A stretch of 64,000 nucleotides of DNA from contig CAYPBS010000001.1 in NCBI GenBank assembly GCA_964409015.1, forward strand, positions 73,007 to 137,006, written 5' to 3'. Position numbers and translations under genes: made by a program. Below, in pieces: positions 60,813 through 64,000 of the stretch. Each line of letters opens with the position of its first letter. The stretch's first letter is position 1. A model generated the notes under the pieces. It made no database searches, was not told the DNA's origin, and was given only the letters and a program-made list of their open reading frames with translations. The stretch comes from an uncultured Sangeribacter sp. Lineage in GTDB: Bacteria > Bacteroidota > Bacteroidia > Bacteroidales > Muribaculaceae.

Positions 60813-62822
60813 GTGACCCTGAAATTGACCGACAGATACAAAATAATAAGAAGAGACTTCGGGATCGTCGCAGCCCTCGGGGCGGCGTTCCTTCTCCTTG
60901 CCTTATATTCTTGCGCGAGCATCGGCACTCCATCCGGTGGTCCCCGCGACGAGGACCCTCCGCGCTTCGTCCACGGCTCTCCGGAGCCGGGAGCCACAGG
61001 TTTCCGCGGCGAGAAAGTCACTTTGGAATTTGACGAGCTTATCTCCCTCCGCGATGCCTTCACCAACGTCATCGTCTCCCCTCCGCAACGCTCGAACCCG
61101 AAAGTCACCTCCTCGGGTCGCAAAATCATCGTTCAGTTTCAAGACACCCTTCTCCCCAACACCACCTACAACATCGACTTCGGCGAAACCATCGAAGATG
61201 TCAATGAGAACAACAAGCTTTCAGGATTTTCATATTCTTTCTCCACCGGGGATACTCTCGACACGCTGATGATTTCCGGCATCGTGCTCGACGCCCAGAC
61301 CCTCGAGCCGCAGCAAGGGGTCTTGGTCGGAGCCTACACCAATCTCGCCGACAGCTCATTCCTCAGATTGCCCTTCGAACGCGCCACCCACACCGACGAC
61401 CGCGGACGCTTCACACTCCGCGCACTCCGCCCCGTCCCCTACCGTGTCTTCGCCCTCGCCGACCTCAACCATGACTACCACTGGGACAATCCCGCAGAGC
61501 TGATGGCCTTCCTTCCCGAGCCCGTCACCCCCTACACAGAGCAGACCACGGCCACCGACACAATATACAATATGCTGACAGGGCAGCCCGACAGCATCGT
61601 GACAAGAGGCCGGACCCGTTTCCTCCCCAACGATCTCCTCCTTCAGATGTTCGATTTCGGCTACAAGCCGCAATACATCACCAACTACTCCCGTGTCGAC
61701 TCCACGCGCCTCAGCATCATCTTCAACCAGCGTCAGGAGCAGGCGCCCGAGCTGACCCTCGTCCGACCCTCGTCCCTGCCGCTCCCTTCACACTGGTACC
61801 GCGCCGAACGCAACGAACGCAACGACACCCTCACCTTCTGGCTCACACCGCAGCTCTACGCCACCGACACCATAAAAGTCGCTCTCAGCTATCTCTCCCA
61901 GCAGCGCGACAGCCTCCCGGTACCCGTCATCGACACCCTCTCTTTCGTCACTCAGAGACCCCGCAAGATCAAGCAGCCGAAACTTACGGAAAAGCAGATG
62001 AAAGAGGATTCCATCAAGAAAGCGATGGAACGCTTCATCCTCCCCGTCAGGGAGGGGAACTCACCCTTTGACGTCAATCGCGATATGACCCTGCTGTTCC
62101 CCGAGCCCCTGACCCGACTCGACACCACTTCCATCCGACTCCAACGCCTCGCGCCGGACTCCACATGGATACCCGTCGAGATGATCGTAGCCGCCGACGG
62201 GCTCGTTCCGCGACGTATCAGGCTCAGTATCCCTTGGGAGTATGATACCCAGTACAGGCTTACCGTCGATTCCCTTGCTGCCGAAGGGATCTCCGGACGC
62301 CCCTCCCGACCCTTCGAAAACAGTTTCAAGACCAAACGCAGGGAAGACTACGCCTCCCTGATGCTGCGCCTGAAGCCGGACACGTTAAGCGGCTTCGTAG
62401 AGATTCTCAACACCTCCGACGCCGTAGTCGAGCGCGCTCCCGTCGACAACGGCAGGGCTACATTCTATTTCCTGTCTCCAAATGACTACTACGCGCGCTT
62501 CGTCGCCGACTCCAACGGCAACGGTCGCTTCGACCCCGGAGACTACGGGAACGGCACTCAGCCCGAAGAGGTCTACTACTATCCACGACTCCTGAGCCTC
62601 AAACGTTACGACCGCAACGAGGAATGGGATCTCTATGCCACACCCGTGGACATGCAGAAGCCTGACCGGATAAAGAAAAACAAACCTAAAGAGACTTCGA
62701 GAGGCACGAACTCATCCGAATCCAACGACACCGATGATGAGGAAGATGACTACTTCGACGCCACGCGCAACCCCTTCGATCCCAACGACAAAGGACGGCG
62801 CCGCAAGACCGGCTCCTACTGA
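60813..62822 (+). CDS. Ig-like (Big_5) domain lipoprotein
   Basis: 'LYSCASIGTPSGGPRDEDPP', 'FDELI', 'YSFSTG', 'DSNGNGRFDPG'; start position uncertain. Confidence 0.8.
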   Translation: MTLKLTDRYKIIRRDFGIVAALGAAFLLLALYSCASIGTPSGGPRDEDPPRFVHGSPEPGATGFRGEKVTLEFDELISLRDAFTNVIVSPPQRSNPKVTSSGRKIIVQFQDTLLPNTTYNIDFGETIEDVNENNKLSGFSYSFSTGDTLDTLMISGIVLDAQTLEPQQGVLVGAYTNLADSSFLRLPFERATHTDDRGRFTLRALRPVPYRVFALADLNHDYHWDNPAELMAFLPEPVTPYTEQTTATDTIYNMLTGQPDSIVTRGRTRFLPNDLLLQMFDFGYKPQYITNYSRVDSTRLSIIFNQRQEQAPELTLVRPSSLPLPSHWYRAERNERNDTLTFWLTPQLYATDTIKVALSYLSQQRDSLPVPVIDTLSFVTQRPRKIKQPKLTEKQMKEDSIKKAMERFILPVREGNSPFDVNRDMTLLFPEPLTRLDTTSIRLQRLAPDSTWIPVEMIVAADGLVPRRIRLSIPWEYDTQYRLTVDSLAAEGISGRPSRPFENSFKTKRREDYASLMLRLKPDTLSGFVEILNTSDAVVERAPVDNGRATFYFLSPNDYYARFVADSNGNGRFDPGDYGNGTQPEEVYYYPRLLSLKRYDRNEEWDLYATPVDMQKPDRIKKNKPKETSRGTNSSESNDTDDEEDDYFDATRNPFDPNDKGRRRKTGSY

Positions 62823-63087
62823 CCTCCGTCCCGTTCACGCCCCCTCGTCAACCTTTATTTCGTTAAAAAAACGAATATTTTTGTAGCTGTGGAGTGAATT
62901 TTATATCTTTACCCCCAATAATTAATGTCTACTCTTCTTCTGTTACGATTTGATCAGACCTGTTTTCGATGATCCTATTGCGAAAAAGCGATGTAATCTT
63001 TCGCCATTCAGCAGATTATGACTCAATTATTTATCAAAGCGACCGACAGCTAATACGATTTATTAAACAACCTAATATCACACAATT

Positions 63088-64000
63088 ATGAGAAAACAGA
63101 TACGAAGTATTTTGTCTCTGTGGCTACTCTTGTTCCTATGCTTCACGGTGCATGCCGCCGACTGGCCGGCCACCCTCTATATGGAGCAGACAAGTTTCTC
63201 GTCCACAGGCCGGCAGACGGCTACCGGTGTCGACGGAGTCTATGAATTCAATCTTCCGTTCACATCCTCCACCGCTGCCCCCAAGTATTACATCTTTTCT
63301 TCTGCCTCAAGCTCATCTAACGCTAAAAAAGGCACCGAGAAGATCTACGGTGCCTCCACAATCGCTGAAGCAACCAATCTTCAGCCCGCTTTCGGCAAGA
63401 AGTACAATCTCGTGGATCTATCCTCATCCGAAGATGCCAACGCCCTCATCAGCGGCGTTTCCATCTGCGCCTTCCTACCCCTCTACCACCAGAACATGAG
63501 CGTGAAGGCTACCGTGAACCTCAACGACATGAGCGTCGTTTTCGAGCCTGTCCCCGAGGAGGAAACGACCGCCACTCTCGCCATCTTCAACAGATCCACT
63601 TCCGCCGCGCTGGCCTCCACCAATGTAGGTGCCGACGGCAAGGCGAAGTACTCTCTCAAGATGGCTTCCGAGACCAAGATATACTTCGCAGCCAACGCGA
63701 CCACACGCGCCGCGACCAACGAAAAATGTATCTGGGGAGCCGCCACTCAGGCCAATCCTCAGAATATCACCGTCGAGAAAGGCACCACATATCCCTTGGA
63801 GCGCACGACCTATTATCAGGTCTACTCCAAAGAGGACTGCTCATTCATACTCCCGCAGGGCAACTACGACATCATCGCCGACATCAATACCGGAGAGATC
63901 GAATTCGCTGAATTCACCGGCAAGTACCGCAGCATGCCGGCTACCTTAAACATGCGTAACTACTCCTTCGGAACCTCTTACGGCAGCGCGACGGGCAGCA
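63088..64000 (+). CDS. N-terminal part of a large secreted protein (runs off window; absent from ORF track)
   Basis: ATG at 63088; signal peptide MRKQIRSILSLWLLLFLCFTVHA; no stop to window end; repeated modules ending 'VKATVNLNDMSVVF' and 'YDIIADINTGEIEF', similar to the amylase modules. Confidence 0.75.
   Translation, partial: MRKQIRSILSLWLLLFLCFTVHAADWPATLYMEQTSFSSTGRQTATGVDGVYEFNLPFTSSTAAPKYYIFSSASSSSNAKKGTEKIYGASTIAEATNLQPAFGKKYNLVDLSSSEDANALISGVSICAFLPLYHQNMSVKATVNLNDMSVVFEPVPEEETTATLAIFNRSTSAALASTNVGADGKAKYSLKMASETKIYFAANATTRAATNEKCIWGAATQANPQNITVEKGTTYPLERTTYYQVYSKEDCSFILPQGNYDIIADINTGEIEFAEFTGKYRSMPATLNMRNYSFGTSYGSATGS

Overview
Bacteroidales chromosomal window, most likely Muribaculaceae (inferred from TAnnTTTG promoters, several T9SS-type C-terminal domains and the gene repertoire). 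Most of it is housekeeping or envelope genes: phoH, sufB, upp, ribF, pfkA, dusB, YifB/ComM-like ATPase, secDF, an OmpA lipoprotein, transporters, a BlaI/BlaR pair and a GntR-ABC operon. It also holds scattered starch genes (multimodular T9SS GH13 amylase, a second GH13, a SusR-like regulator) and a four-gene extracellular-DNA utilisation locus with an unlinked endonuclease I paralog. The three best leads are: (1) an AT-rich island at ~2.3-8.0 kb with a LytTR-only regulator, a structured leader and a tightly coupled operon (membrane protein, TRAFAC GTPase, two proteins sharing an uncharacterised N-terminal domain, retropepsin-like lipoprotein), beside a doubly damaged Fic gene, a candidate conflict/envelope system; (2) two tandem paralogous sRNA candidates at 18.4-19.0 kb with their own promoters and terminators and an identical 20-nt core complementary to AU-rich translation-initiation regions in this window; (3) a mosaic REP/BIME-like repeat cluster at 47.5-48.1 kb with a partial copy at 11.5 kb. 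No tRNA, rRNA, CRISPR array, integrase or transposase was recognised. All calls come from reading motifs by eye; no database searches were run.
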